From the NCBI RefSeq assembly GCF_009914755.1, contig NC_060926.1: 64,000 nucleotides of DNA; one strand, given 5' to 3'. The notes below the pieces were generated by a model. It was not told where the DNA came from, ran no database searches, and saw only the letters and a list, made by a program, of their open reading frames with translations. Below are positions 14,191 through 28,375 of this stretch, piece by piece. Each line of letters starts with the position of its first letter. Position 1 is the stretch's first letter. The stretch is from the human T2T-CHM13v2.0 reference genome, Homo sapiens. The position numbers were made by a program, and so were the translations under genes.

Positions 14191-15789
14191 GTTAACGAAG
14201 AGTCAGTCCAATCCTACCATCCTTCATTTCAGCTAGCATTCTAAGGTAGTAATTCAGTAACCTCACAAGAATGAGAATTGCAAGCCTATGATTCTGAAGA
14301 AATAACTGAGGGTAAAGAATTTACTTTTCTAGGCCATTCCATTGCCAAATTTGTTCTCAAGCAAGTGCAACTTCAAGAAACCTTCTAGGAACCTTCCTCA
14401 AGAAGCTTCAGCCCACTTTACAAATCACTGTGCAGCCAATAGCCCCCTCTTCTGCAGGAATCATTTATAGTTCCCTAAATCAAGGACCTTCCACAGTTTA
14501 ATAAAACTTTCTCCTGAATTATAACAGGAGTCATAACTGACTTCATCTAGACTAGGCATCAGCAACCCAAAGCCTTCATTGGACTCCACTCATGATTTCA
14601 GAGAGGGCAGGAGCCCTGGTGCTTGGGTACCCAGCCTGATGCCTCACTGCTGCCCAGCACGGTTCTCTCCCAGTGCCAGAAATCTGAAGACAACCCACTG
14701 CAGAAACAACCTCCCTACTGATGTCAAGCTCAGGGGGCATCTTGTTCCTGCTCTGATGAAAGAACATAACCATTTTCCAAGAGACTGAAAATGACCAAAG
14801 GGAATCAACTAAAACACACATTTATTCACCTTCTATATAAACTCATTCTGAGTTGCAATTGCTTCATGTGGAAAGAAACCAGGGTTTTCCCAATAGGAAA
14901 TTCAGATGGACTAGGAAGGTGGCAGGGACAAAGAGACTAACAGGTTGGCAAGATTCTCAGGACACATTTGGATGCAATTGCTCATTCTTTTTGTTTTTCC
15001 AGGAAAAGCTCCAGCAACAGGGAAGAAACCTCTTCTTGCCCCTTCCAGTAAATTCTCCTTGTAACCCATTGTACCTCCCCAGAGACGTTTAGAGACCGAC
15101 ATTCATTTAATTGCTTGAAAAGCCCAAACCAAACCAGAGTCACTGGAGCTTAGCCCACTGTTTGTTGGCTGTCTGCAGATTTACAATTTAGCACCATGTG
15201 GATCTTCCGAGCCAAACTGTTAGAAATCTAAGGGGCTCATTCTATGCCACAAAATACAATGGGCAAGAGCAGGAAAAGCTTCAAAGTCCCCAGAAGGCAT
15301 CAAATCCAATTACATTGCAACACGTGTGCAGCCCTTTAAGCTGGCCATTAACATTTGGAAAATTCTTCTGGTAAATGTCTTCATATCCAATTTAGCCTTC
15401 TTTCCCCTACTCTCTACCACCCTCATTTCATAGACAGGCAACAGTAATGAGCTATATAATGTAACTCTTTAAACGAAGAATGTCATCACTTAAAAATACA
15501 AGAGAGCAGTACATGTTGTATATGTCTACAAACTGCAGTTGCTGTCTGTTAGAGTTTGTAGCAACTTTTAAATCTGTCATCACAGCATGAATTTCATACT
15601 AAGCTCCTTCCCGGTGCTCGAGCCAGGAAGCAAAAGGGGAACAGGCTGTGTCATTTATGGGCAGACAGGTATTGGGTCAAGTGTGACATCACACTCTGCT
15701 CAGGCCATAATGAGGTGAAAAAGCGAGACTGCAACAACGTGGCAGTTTGTTTACTGGGAAAATTTAAGTGGGTCTGTGTTTGGAGTTAA

Positions 15790-16214
<425 letters not shown>

Positions 16215-16673
16215 TAGAAACTTAGTAAAACACACAAAGAGTCAAAGGATCAAAACGGGCTCCAAGCAGGCTGGTCTGTTGGCATTTTTACTGGACACAT
16301 TGTTCACTCAAAATATCAGCACATCAGCCTACAGTCTAATTTTTCTTTCCTACCCATGGTTAATATTTAATCAGGGAGGATAAACTAGACCTAAAATGGG
16401 TGTGTGCATGTATGTATATTTTTTAAAAATATAGCTGACATGTTTAATACTCTGGCAGTCTTGATCAAAAATTTTCTATTCAAAGGTGGCAGGAATATAA
16501 CCCCACATATCACATTTCCTCAATTCTTTTTTCATCCACACTGATATTGGGATACCATGATCAATTTCTATTTCTCCATATAATTACCTATATCAACACA
16601 TGAATTTATAAAGAACCAAAAAGTACAACATTAAGATATATATGGCAAATAAGACAGGGTGAAAAAACTTTCA

Positions 16674-16962
<289 letters not shown>

Positions 16963-17769
16963 ATAGTAAAATTTTATTTTACACTTTTATGTATTTATTA
17001 CACCTAATGTGAGCCCCATTCTCAAGGAGTACACGGTCTATAGGGAACTTTTATAAACAACTTACTATATGACAAGGCAGAGTGAAATCAGTACAGGTGC
17101 TAATGGCAACCCAGAAGAAGCCATTAAATCCACCTAAAATTATTTTATCTTCTGCAGAAAGAATTCCTACTCCAAAGTAGCTTCTTTTCCTGCATATCAA
17201 TAAAGCAAAAGGTTCAAGACATTCCCGCCGGGAGGAGCCAAATACTTACAGAATCTAAGTCCCTACTCAAGTGAGAAAGTCACAAAGCTTCACACCATTG
17301 AAGTCCCCATAGAATTCTCTGGAGGAGCTTATTTTTCAAATTGTTCTGAATAGTTCTACTTCATCTGAGTGAGAAATTTATTCTAAGAGAAAAACTCCTA
17401 TTGTAGGACTAAAAGTCTACAATTACCCTTGTGTTCCTAATTTTCTCAGCTCGAATCAGACTCTCCAGTAGCATTGGCCGAAATTTTACCAATTCTTCCC
17501 CTTTATGGAAATATTGGTTTCTTTCCACAAGTCCGATCACAAGCCCAATATTAATTGGACCCATGCTTTTTTCCTAATTATGGGCCTATTAGAAATCCTC
17601 CCCATCTCCGTGGTGATCATATCGCTCTTCATCGGCTGTAAGTTAACCCCTCTTTTGCTGTTTTCCACCTGGTATAGATGCCATTTGACATACCCAGATG
17701 CTTAGGCTACTGATTTTTCATTCTCTATCAACAGGGTAACTGGACTGCTTGATTTTTCAAATAATCAGA

Positions 17770-18025
17770 ATAATAAAGTGGTTAAGGGTGTAATCCCTAG
17801 AATTTGTTTTTTTTTTTAAAAAAAGGTCTAATCTCAACTGTACCATGTTCATCTGTGTTACCTTTGACAAATTATTTTACCCCTCTGAGCCTTAGTCTAT
17901 TCACCCAGAAAATGGGAAGAATGAAACACCTTGAGTGAAACTGTTGTGAAGATTAAACGGTACGTGAAGTACTTAGTACAACTGCAGCTCACGGTAAACA
18001 TTCAATCGGTTAGTTGTTAATGAAA
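17770..18025 (+). mobile_element. MIR SINE
   Basis: AGTGGTTAAG...CCTCTGAGCCTTAGT...GTTGTGAAGATTAAA. Confidence 0.8.
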
Positions 18026-21000
18026 TAATAATTATATAATGAAGAGAAGATGGTAATAACAATTATATGATAATCATGTATTATAATCATTCTTGGTAGA
18101 AGCTCATGGGGTAACATTATCCAAAACCACAGTCTTTTCTCTAGTTAATTCTATTTTAAGACCCCAGTATCTTCAATCTCTCTACCTGTAGGGAAAAATA
18201 GTGGAGAAGGAGAAAGACAATGGAAACAAAATGCAGAGACAGCCAATCAGTCAGCAAAGCCCCCACCCCATGTGCGTACAATCAGCACCAGCTGTAGTCC
18301 AATTAAACTTAATCTAGTCACATGCTCATGTGCTCCTCAGAAATTAGAGGAAATCAATTCAAATGCTAATGAGAAAGTCCATAATTTATTATCTGCTGAG
18401 GAATGCATGTTACATTAATTTTAACTGTAAACAATTATTTTTATTGCAAGATTAATTACCCTATCTTATACAACTTCCTTTTTTCATATTCTTTTAAGGA
18501 ATTAGTTTTCAGTTGCTGTTTTGTGGCTCTGTCACAGTTCTTTAGCTTGAGAAAAGTATAATTAATTTAGGAATGCTGCAAATGTTGTTTTCTATTCTTC
18601 TGCCAAAAGAAAGTGGGATAAATGGCTAGGTCAAGCATGGAGAAAAATAGCTACAGCTTCTGGCCAGGATGAAAAGACATTAGAACTCAGAATGGAAGTT
18701 GGGGGAAACCACACAGAATTTAAAACGTGGGTTAATGTTGGTCAGTTCTAACCATAACATTTCTCAAAGGCTTCAACAAGCAAATCCAGTCTCAAAATTA
18801 TTTCAAAGTCTCTGAAAGTCAACAAGAACTGCATGAGCTAGACTTTTCAGAGCAAGAAAGAGACTAATCATTTTTTTTCTTAAAATAGCATCAAGGCCTG
18901 GATGTATACATTTTGGTTGGAGTGACTGTTCCTTTGAGCAATCAGAAACGAATGAAATTTGCACTGTCAGAATTCTGCTCCCTTGACAAAGCTGCCCTCA
19001 CCCTGACTTGACTCCCAAGGTGAATGAATATTCAATACAGTCACTTGTGAAAAATTATTCTTTAACCAATCACTTCTCAATATGGAGAATAGGATTTTAG
19101 GTAGTTGCTAGCACTCGTAGGGTTGATAGTAAGTATTCTATTATTTCTAATGAATCATTTACTTGATTTTTATGCTTTCTAAAAGTTAAGCAGGTCCATT
19201 TCCTTTATGGACACAACAAGGCTTAGCATTTTAAAGGTAAATATTTATGAAATACCAAATCCATTAGTTTACTTGCTGGCACTTTCTTAATTTAAACTTC
19301 CAAGTGAAAGTAACTGCGAGTCATCTATTAAAATTAAATTAGTCTAAATTAAATCTATAAGCCTAGTTGTTGATTTCAGTGGGAATTTGGTTAGAAAAAT
19401 AGGTAAGAGAATTGAGCCTAGGGAAGGTTCAACTGCTAATTACTTGTAAAAGTTTAGGCTTAAAGAATAATAAGCATTTAACCAGGAATATAAATAGAGG
19501 AAGAAGTGTTGGTTCTGAAGATCCCAGGCTATACCCTTAGAGATAGGTTCAGTTATGACTTCCTGTCAAGGAGATTAAATCCTAGTTCATCCTAATGTGT
19601 TTCAAACTGGTCCTTTCTTAGAACAATGGCCTTGGAGGCCATCAGGCACATACAACAATCAGCTGGCCAGGAGTAGGTAGGATGAAAAATAATCTTTCCT
19701 ATGAGCAACGAGCTCTCAGCACTCCACACTGTAAATTCAAACCAAAAAGGTAGGGGGTGAGGGTTGTTCTTTTTGCAAGATTTTGTGATTTTTATTGCAT
19801 ATTTTGGCAAGTTCCTACCAGAGGAGCATGTGCTACTTATCAGAATCACATATAGTAGCTACGAAAACCAGAAAGTGGTTGGAAGGGACAGACCGCGGTG
19901 ACACAGGTTACACCTGGTTTTAATTTGATTGTCAGATGTCATAAGGGTGGACTTATAAGATTAAACCTCATTTCTGCTCTAAACCTATAGGGAATTATTA
20001 CTGATTTATTTTAGCGAAGAATGTTTCATGCTCGTGATTTCCATTCCAATTTCTCTCCTTAATAAAATAAGATGTCACATGTCAAGCTACATCGTAGTGA
20101 ATTATTTCAACCACCCAAAGCCATTCAACTCTGCTTGAAAATTTGCCATAAAGCCAAGATCTGTCACAAAGCATTTGGATTAGTTACCCCTGGAAAACCC
20201 TCCTACTATCAGGCAAACTGATGGGCAGCACATTAGAAAACCATGAAGGGTTGCCATGCTTCTCACACCAGAGAACTCTTTGGTTCAATACTCATCAGTG
20301 TTCTATGACCCCTTGAATTACTCAGTGCCTGGATTCAAGTTCCTCTATTTTTTTGACCAAACCAAAGCAATCTTACCATGGGCCATACTTGTGGTAGGTT
20401 TTATAAGAGTTTCATCTTTCCCAAGCTGTAAACCTCTGCATCAAGTTCCACAGAATGCATGGGAAAGGGCTTTTATTAATTTTAGAGACTTCATATAATA
20501 AATGCTTGCATCTTATTAAAGCCCCTGACTGATGAAGTGCAGGATAGGCAGGCATTCAAAATCCAAGCCACAGGTTTGCATTTTGAAAGTTTGTCTTGCT
20601 CTCGGTGTGTTTCCCTACAGTCCAGAGCAGGGGGAACACTCAAGTGAACTCTCTGCCTACATAGGATGACTGGGGACATCCCCAACTCTAATCAATTACA
20701 GATTAATTTCACACCTCCCAAACCAATGTGCTTTAAAAGGGAACTATCTTAGGGGGAGTCTATAGATCATAAATGTGGTGAATGTGTCTGAGGACCCCCA
20801 TCTGCAAACACATATGCATTCTATATGTAATGTCCTACTCCGTAGTACTCTTCAAGACAGGTTCTCTTCTTTATGGTAAATACATGTGGAATGTCCTGCA
20901 GAACCTCAGGATTTCATTTCTTCAATATTGTTGTGTATAGGAATTAAAAGGAATTAGGAGAAACACAGAGATACTGTGTGAAGCTTCCTCAAACTGTTTC

Positions 21001-21420
21001 TTTGACTATTGGGAGGCAGGAAGCCCCAAACATCTCATCAGAAATAATTGTCTTTCATTATTTCCATTAGAGAAAGTCAGTCTTTAAAAGGACAGTGATT
21101 TGGAACTGGTTCAAGGAAGCATCTTTAGATCCTCAGCTCTCCTGAGCTTCACCAATTTCTGGTCATACTGTGGTCATTCAAGGGTTCTCATAAAGCTGTG
21201 TTTTGGCAGCAGTACGTGGTCAATCCCTTCCCTGCCAGGCTCCAGCCTCTGTCGGCCCCCTCTGTCTGTGGAGAAGCTGCTGGACTTTCACCTCCAGACC
21301 TTGCCCTGTCAAGGTCCTAAACAGACTCCCAAGGGGTCAATGGGTAGAATTCAGGATGTCTATGGACTTAGCTGAAAAAATATTATTTTCACTAAATTCT
21401 AACTAAATTTACTATTTTCT

Positions 21421-21631
21421 CCAGCTGGGCAGTGGGACCCCATCTCTAAAAACAATTTTAATTAGCTGGGTGTGGTGGCGCATGCCTACAGTCCCAGCTA
21501 CTTGGGAAGCTGAGGCAGGAGGATCACTTGAGCCCAAGAAGTTGAGGCTACAGTGTGCCATGATCAAGCCACTGTACTTCAGCCTGGGTGACAGAGTGAG
21601 ACCCTGTATCAAAAATAAATAAATAAATAAA
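21421..21631 (+). mobile_element. 5'-truncated AluJ with (AAAT)n tail
   Basis: 17-bp TSD TAAATTTACTATTTYCT (21404-21420 / 21632-21648). Confidence 0.93.
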
Positions 21632-21699
21632 TAAATTTACTATTTCCTTAAATTGCAAACATGGACAACAAACCAGAGTAGAATTAGCACGCCTAGGAC

Positions 21700-22064
21700 T
21701 TACAAAAATCACGTCTATTTTCATATCACCATTATTGTTGTAGATATCTCAAAATACCATTTACACTCATCACTACTTCAAAATTCTGGTAGTTATTAAT
21801 TTCATTGCCAGCTTTTATTATTAATCTATTAATAAACATGTGTTACTATATCACAACTTTGGAATATTTTGATAACTATGTCATAATTAGTTTTATAACT
21901 ACATTGAGGTTTATAATTTGTTATGCTAGGTATTTGTTATTCTAGATATTTTATATTGTACATAAAAACACTTTTCTGAGAAAGGCTTTATTAGCTTCAT
22001 CAGACTTCTAAAGAAGCCACACAAAAAAAGGCACACACACACACACAAAAGATGAAGAACCCTG
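21700..22064 (-). mobile_element. hAT-Charlie DNA transposon remnant (Charlie4-like)
   Basis: TTCTGAGAAAGG...GCTTCATCAGACT...AAGAACCCTG terminus. Confidence 0.6.
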
Positions 22065-22254
22065 ACTCTAACATGACTGGAATTCATATCTGGCCCTTAT
22101 CACATAACCCAGTTCCTAAAAATGGTTTCTATTTGGTCCTGTCAAGTACAGTACTACAATGCTAGTAGCCCAAACCCTGTTTTTCCTGCTTGAATTTCTG
22201 TCTTAGAAAACAGTTCATTCTTTATTCCTTCTAGGACTGGATCCTCTGATTCAC

Positions 22255-22432
22255 TACTCATTCGTTCAATAAGTATTTATTGAGGGTCTACTGTGTGTCA
22301 GGTACCATGTGATGTTGTGGGGGGGCGGGGAGCTCATGCAATATAGTGCAGACAGGACAAGAGAGAAAAGTTCCCTGTTCCAGTAGAGCTAATATTCTAG
22401 TGGGATGATGGATAGATCAAGGATAGATAGAT

Positions 22433-22480
<48 letters not shown>

Positions 22481-23013
22481 TAGATGATAGATAATTTTTA
22501 GTGGAGGCAGTAAGCTATGTAGAAAATTTGAATAAGTTGATGTCATGGAAAGTGACTGGTGGTCATGGACAACATGTCTGAGATTTGGATGACAGAAAAA
22601 GCAGCCATGTGATGTCCAGAGAGGAAAACCACTGGAGTATTTGAGTGATTAGGGAAGACCAGGGTAGTTGAAACTCAGTCCTGAGGTGGACAGCAGTCAC
22701 AGATGGGGTCAGAGTAGAAAGAAGGGGTTACTTCAAGAAGGGCTTCCTAAGTCAGGGTAAGAACTTTGGATTTTATGAAAGTTCTGGGCAGCCATTCACA
22801 GGTTGTAAGCAGCAGATTATCATGATTTGATTTACAATTTTAAAAAGATTGTTCTGACTGAAGTATAGTGAGCAAATGAGTGAATAGGCTGTACAAACAC
22901 TAGAATGAAAGGGGGAATGAAGTAGGAGGCTACTGCAGCAAACTTGCAGGAGACAAGGGCAGCTCAGACCAGGGTAGTAGCAGTGGAAATGGAGAGAGTG
23001 ATGAATTGGGATA
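22255..23013 (-). mobile_element. L2 LINE
   Basis: CATTCGTTCAATAAGTATTTATTGAGGGTCTACTGTGTGTCAGG; AGGAGGCTACTGCAG; GGGTAGTAGCAGTGGAAATGGAGAG. Confidence 0.85.
22422..22493. repeat. Compound GATA STR, core (GATA)12
   Basis: Perfect (GATA)12 at 22433-22480 with GAT interruptions on either side. Confidence 0.97.
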
Positions 23014-23437
23014 TATATCAGGCTGAGTTGCAACAGGAAGCAGAACACATGCAGAAATTAAGATAATTTGAGTTTAAAAAGTGACAATTCACTAATGTGT
23101 GAGCTGCATATTAAAAAACCACAGGAATTATGCAGTAGCCCAAGGCTGTTACCCCTGGGTCCAAAGGGAAAGGGAAGGCAGGCTACCAGAACCTGGAAGG
23201 AAAAAGTGTGTAAGACAGCTGCCTCAAGAGCAGCTCTGACCTTCAGGCAGAGGGTACAACAAGCCCAAGCCTATGCGTCTGCTTTGGAAGGCCAGCAGGG
23301 GCATAAACATCCTGACCCACACCCCCTCTCCCCACCACTCACTATTGGCCAGAGGGAAAGCAAGTCCAACGATTGGTCCATACAGAGTAAAGAAGGATGA
23401 GTGGCTGTGGAAGGACAAATGAAAGATATTGGGTACA
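23014..23437 (-). mobile_element. LTR33-like ERVL solo LTR inserted into L2
   Basis: Ends GGACAAATGAAAGATATTGGGTACA; AAACCACAGGAATTATGCAGTAGCCC; 5-bp TSD GGATA/TGATA. Confidence 0.7.
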
Positions 23438-25424
23438 TGATATGTTTGGCAGTCCTGTGGAGATGGCTGCTAGATCGTTCCTGCTAGCCTCCCCTACAGT
23501 ATTGCCAGTGAACGCTAGGCTTCCTGCCTGCTGCCCTACCTGCTCATTCTAGGTCTTGTGCACTCATGAACTGTGGAAGTTACTGCTTTGCATTCCAATT
23601 ATTTGTTATCCCTTTTCCCCATAAGACAATGAGCTTTTTGAGGATGTCCATTTGTATCTGCTGCTCCCAGGATAATACCTGCATAATGAAAGATCGTGAT
23701 TAGTGAATGAATGAACAGCCCCTTCCAGGTTCCTGTAAAATTCTGTCCCTCCATGTTAGATCTCCTTGACACCAACTCCTAGACAGGTAACAGGTACCTC
23801 CACAGCACAAGTTGGCTGACACACTGGCTGTCCTCCTAGTTCCTCAGATGGGCCCATCACAGGGTTCCTGTCCCACCTCTTGTCTGTCTCTAAGTCTCAC
23901 TCTCTCCTCTTTTGCCACCTTAGAAACCTAGTTAAGACTGCCAAGCTATCCTAAGATAATTGCCTGGATTTTTATAGTCTTTGCTCAAAGTACTCTCACT
24001 TCTCAGAAATAGCAGATATATGGCCTTCCCCTTTGAGCTGTTCTACATCAAATTAGCACTCTTATCACTGTGTCTTAGAACCTTGGTAATACACACACAT
24101 ATATATATATCAGATACATCTCAAAGCCAACGAGACATGGTCTGTTGCTGCACTCAGTGCTTGAGGATGCTGGTGTTTCATGCTAACATGTGTCATTGTA
24201 TAAACATTACAACCAGATCTCCTTTGGAGATATGAACCTAGCCTCTGCTTTAGCTGATGAAAATAACATACCAACTATCCAAGTATAAATGACATATTTC
24301 TGAAAAGAACAAACTACTTCATACTTATCAACTGCCATATCTAGCCCGTCCAGTATAGTAGCATGCTCAGCTTTTCAGTTCTGCCTTCAAAATGTGATAA
24401 ATCTTCACTTTGGGGCAAAGAGTGCATCTCTGTATTTATCCAGAGAGAGAATTTAACTCTTGTCTACATGTTTTTAAAAAGGGAGGTGGGGAGAAGGAGG
24501 AAGAAAAAAGTAACAGATTGTGAAGGATTGATTGCTAAAGCAAAAAAATCAATCTTGAGACTTTCATGATATAACCAGCTACAAAAGCATAGAAATGTAT
24601 GAGAAAGCCTTGATTGATTTTTAACTCTGTAATCCTTCCCACCCCATCTATTATCCTGTATGGATCATATTAGCCGTCATTATGACTAAGACAAGATAGG
24701 ACGCTGACATCCGCCTGACATGATATAACTGTAAATGGAATCGGCTTATACACAAAGGCTTTTACCTGGTTATTAATAGTGTTCTCTGTGGGTGATAGAC
24801 TGGACTGATATTAAAACCTCCCTCGGCTGTGTGGAGCCATTGCAATTTGATTTCAGTCCAAGAAGCAGCTCTTCAAGGTAGTTATTGCATAGTGCCCTGA
24901 CAAACTGCCAGAGTATCATTCCTGGATACTCACCCTTTTAAGAGGCTCATAAAATACTAGGGGCAGATGACATCTTTTTGGCACTGAGGATCCCAAGCCA
25001 ATACTGCTAAGCTGAAAGACACCAAGTATGTCCACAAATGCCTTGATGACATCCCTAATCTTCATCACCAGAAGTGTGATACAAAGTAGAGGAAGATTTA
25101 GGGAATATAGCTTCTCCAGTGTCATGCATTGTAGTAAAACATAGATGAATACATACCAAGATATTAATGTCACTTGGTGACTTTGCTTGTTTCATTTACC
25201 TTTGATGAATCAATGAAAAAATTTAGATCTTAAGGGCACCGTTTACCTTCTCAGCTCTCTGAGGCATCCAACCACTATTTCATTTCTAGCCACGCCAAAT
25301 ATGTTAAGAGGGAGTAAATTGGAAACAAATATTAGATGACTTGCCCAATATTACATAGAGATTTGGGAGCAGTTCCAGTTAGAAAATCTAGATTTTCCTT
25401 CTCTTATTCAACAAAATTCTTTTA

Positions 25425-25535
25425 CTCAACAAATATTTACTGAACCCTTACTATGTACCAGATATTTTCTAGTGAGTAGAGAAAAAGCATTGAAAAAGTG
25501 GATGAAATACCTGTCCTCATGAGCCTTACACTGTC
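25425..25535 (-). mobile_element. L2 3' end fragment
   Basis: CAACAAATATTTACTGAACCCTTACTATGTACCAG...CCTCATGAGCCTTACA. Confidence 0.7.
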
Positions 25536-26564
25536 AACCTCAGAACATGGTTGGGAAACAATACTGGATATACAGTCATATATTATGTGGCCAAGCACCT
25601 GTGAACTCAAAGAACCTGACAGATTTCCTCACCCTACGCTAGCCTCCTTCTGTCCTTGAAACCAAACATGGCATCAAATTCTGAGTAACAACCTAAGAGA
25701 CAAGTGGGCAGGCAGGGAATGGGAACACCTTTTATTAAAAACATTAACTCTTTCTTTTTGGAAACTTAAAAATATCTTCCCAGTTATAAGAAAAATAAAT
25801 TAGAATATTCCTGTTTTGAAGAGTTACATTTGGCAATCAGTTGTGACAATTTAATGAGGTTTTAGACAGACAGATGGATGACAGAGCTTAAAACAGTGCC
25901 TGACATACAAGATTTCAATAAATGTAATCAATAAGGAGGAGAATGCTAACGATACATTCAGTCACCTGATGACATCTTATCATATTCACTCCCTCAATGA
26001 AATAGAAGCAGAAATGGTATAGGCATATTCCTATGCTATTTTATGAGTTCCTCCAGGTGCTATGACATTCCCACGAGTGAGCTGCATTTTCTTGGCCATG
26101 TAGTTTCTCCCCCTTGGACCAGCATTGCAGCCAGTGCTTAGCCAGGGCACCCTTCTCTCTTCTGCATCCCCTGATGGTCAGTCAGTTTCAGGACTTTTGA
26201 TGTGATTCTCAAGATGAATCTTGGAAGCCACAGAGCGCCCGAATCAGGTGAGCCAGCTCACAGACACCAGAGTTCAAAGAAAAAATGCTCTGTCCAGAGA
26301 CAGTCCTAGTTCTTTCTTGAAGTGATGCTCATCAATGGTCATAAGGTGCCATAGTGACCAGAGATTCTTAATCCACCCAAGCCTTGAGGGTGGAAGGAAA
26401 GGGAAGGCCTTACTATTACACACCTTGCCCAGAGATACACTGTGCTTCCATCTCATTTACAGTACATTGCCGATTACAGAAATGGTCATTATCTTCATTT
26501 ATAAGCACCTAACCATAATGTATAATAATCAGGGTAAGGAAAGTTGTATTTTCCCAATACAGTT

Positions 26565-26998
26565 TGTGGAGACCAAAGCAACTCCATCTTGGATGCTCAT
26601 CTTCCATGTTGGCTTCTGATTAAATCCAGCTCTGGGAAGGCCTCTACAATTTCCAGTTTATCTATTGCTCCTTGTGTAAGAACAGATACTTACTGTAAAT
26701 CCTGCCCTTAAGCCAAACAGTCTTGATGTTATCGCACTTCAATTGTCCTATGCATCCTTTCTGAATCACCCTTTCCCTATACCATATAAGCCCTGCGTCT
26801 GAGGGGTAATGGTGTAGGGATCCACCATCTTGTCTCACTGCCACCTGAGATAGAGACATGGCTTCTGTTTGCCAAGTCCCTATTGAATGCTTATTTCTAA
26901 GAGACTGGATATGTTAGCTTTTATCTTTGGCCTCTCAGCTTCCTTGGCCTTGGGGAGGGAGGGGGGTAAGTTTGTTTAGGCCTGCCCACTGCAAAACA
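26565..26998 (+). mobile_element. LTR47 (ERVL) solo LTR
   Basis: TG...CA termini; starts TGTGGAGACCAAAGCAACTCCATCTTGGATGCT; CATATAAG TATA-like motif; degenerate TSD CAGTT/TAGTC. Confidence 0.8.
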
Positions 26999-27099
26999 TA
27001 GTCACATACAGATTTGATAGTAAACGCACACTGTTCATGTACGCCTAGACTCCCAGAGGAGTCATAATCGCCCATACACTACAAGCTCTTCTAGCCTAA

Positions 27100-27360
27100 A
27101 GCCCTGATTTTTCTAGAAAGATGGTCAGTCTCCATCTAAAGGTATTCCCCTGTTGCATTTTTTCAAAGTAATGCATACTTTCCCTTCTTATCCCTCATCA
27201 CAGTCAATTATGTATGCAGGTGATGACTTCTGCCTCCTCCCCACCTACTATAAGCTCCCTGAAGGCCCTTTGTCCATTGGTACATGAGGACATAGCCCAG
27301 GACCAGGCACATAGTAGTCACTCAAAGAATAATTTTGGAGTGACAGAATGAATAAATGAA
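27100..27360 (+). mobile_element. L2 3' end
   Basis: CTATAAGCTCCCTGAAGG...GGCACATAGTAGTCACTCAA...GAATGAATAAATGAA. Confidence 0.75.
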
Positions 27361-28375
27361 ATGGTTTTGATTCACCAGAGTCAAGGGACCAGTTATATAT
27401 TTGCTTGTTTTCACAGGGCCGCCCCCACATGTCACTAAAAACAGGTCCTTATTATCTCTCCTTTAGACCTTCTGCTGTGTTAACACCGTTAATGCAGACA
27501 CCGACACTCAGATTAATGAAAGGAAGCAATTTATTGAACTGATATTTGGTGTAGATGTCATTAGCTGCGCTCCTTTGGAGCAACTGCATCAGATTAGACA
27601 CAGTCTCTCCCTAAGAGCATGTAGAAAATCATTTAACTGCTTTTTCCCAGCTGTTTATGTGATGCCAACCCCCTATGAATTGTTGAATTGGTTCTGAGGC
27701 AACTGTGAACCTTCTATGATTGCTCTTCATTGATGCTGTTTTTGTCTCTTCTGAGAAATATATACTATAATAAATCATGCTGTTGCAGTTTTATTTTTTG
27801 TTGTTATTGTCTCCTTTCCTTCCATCTGCATTCAAGATATTAGAAAAGTTCCAATAATGAGACAAGGTCAATAGAGCTCCAAATAACTTGTCAACACGGT
27901 GACACCTGAAAGGTGATCTTGGAAACAGAATAAGGGCCTGGTGGGTTTGAGTGGTTTTACAAGTCTATGAGGAAATTAGGAACTTTTACAGATACTTGGA
28001 GTTGGAAAAGTCAAAGATATCCATTAGGCAACAAGGCAAGTTCTGAGAGAGCTCATACATATCCATTACCTTCCCAAGTTTCACCAATAAATGAGCAACA
28101 AATTAGCAGATGGTCTATAAGGCAGATGGCCCAGTTCCCTTCTAGAGCCAGTGTCACTTTTCCTAGGTTTTCATTCTCAGCTCCATTGATAAGACAGCTA
28201 TTGACCCAACACCCTGAAACCCCCCACCCATTCTGAAATTCATTCCCTCCATTTCTTAGTGATCTTCCACTTCAATCCCATACCGCAGCCTGACTGACGA
28301 GAAGTCTTACAGACACCGCTGACCATGCTACTAGGCGACCTATTCCTTTATAACACTTTGAGTTGTTAGAAATTT

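Noticed and set aside
17505-17705. Hydrophobic 66-aa ORF resembling a membrane peptide
   Set aside because: No family similarity recognised; T-rich sequence yields such ORFs by chance.
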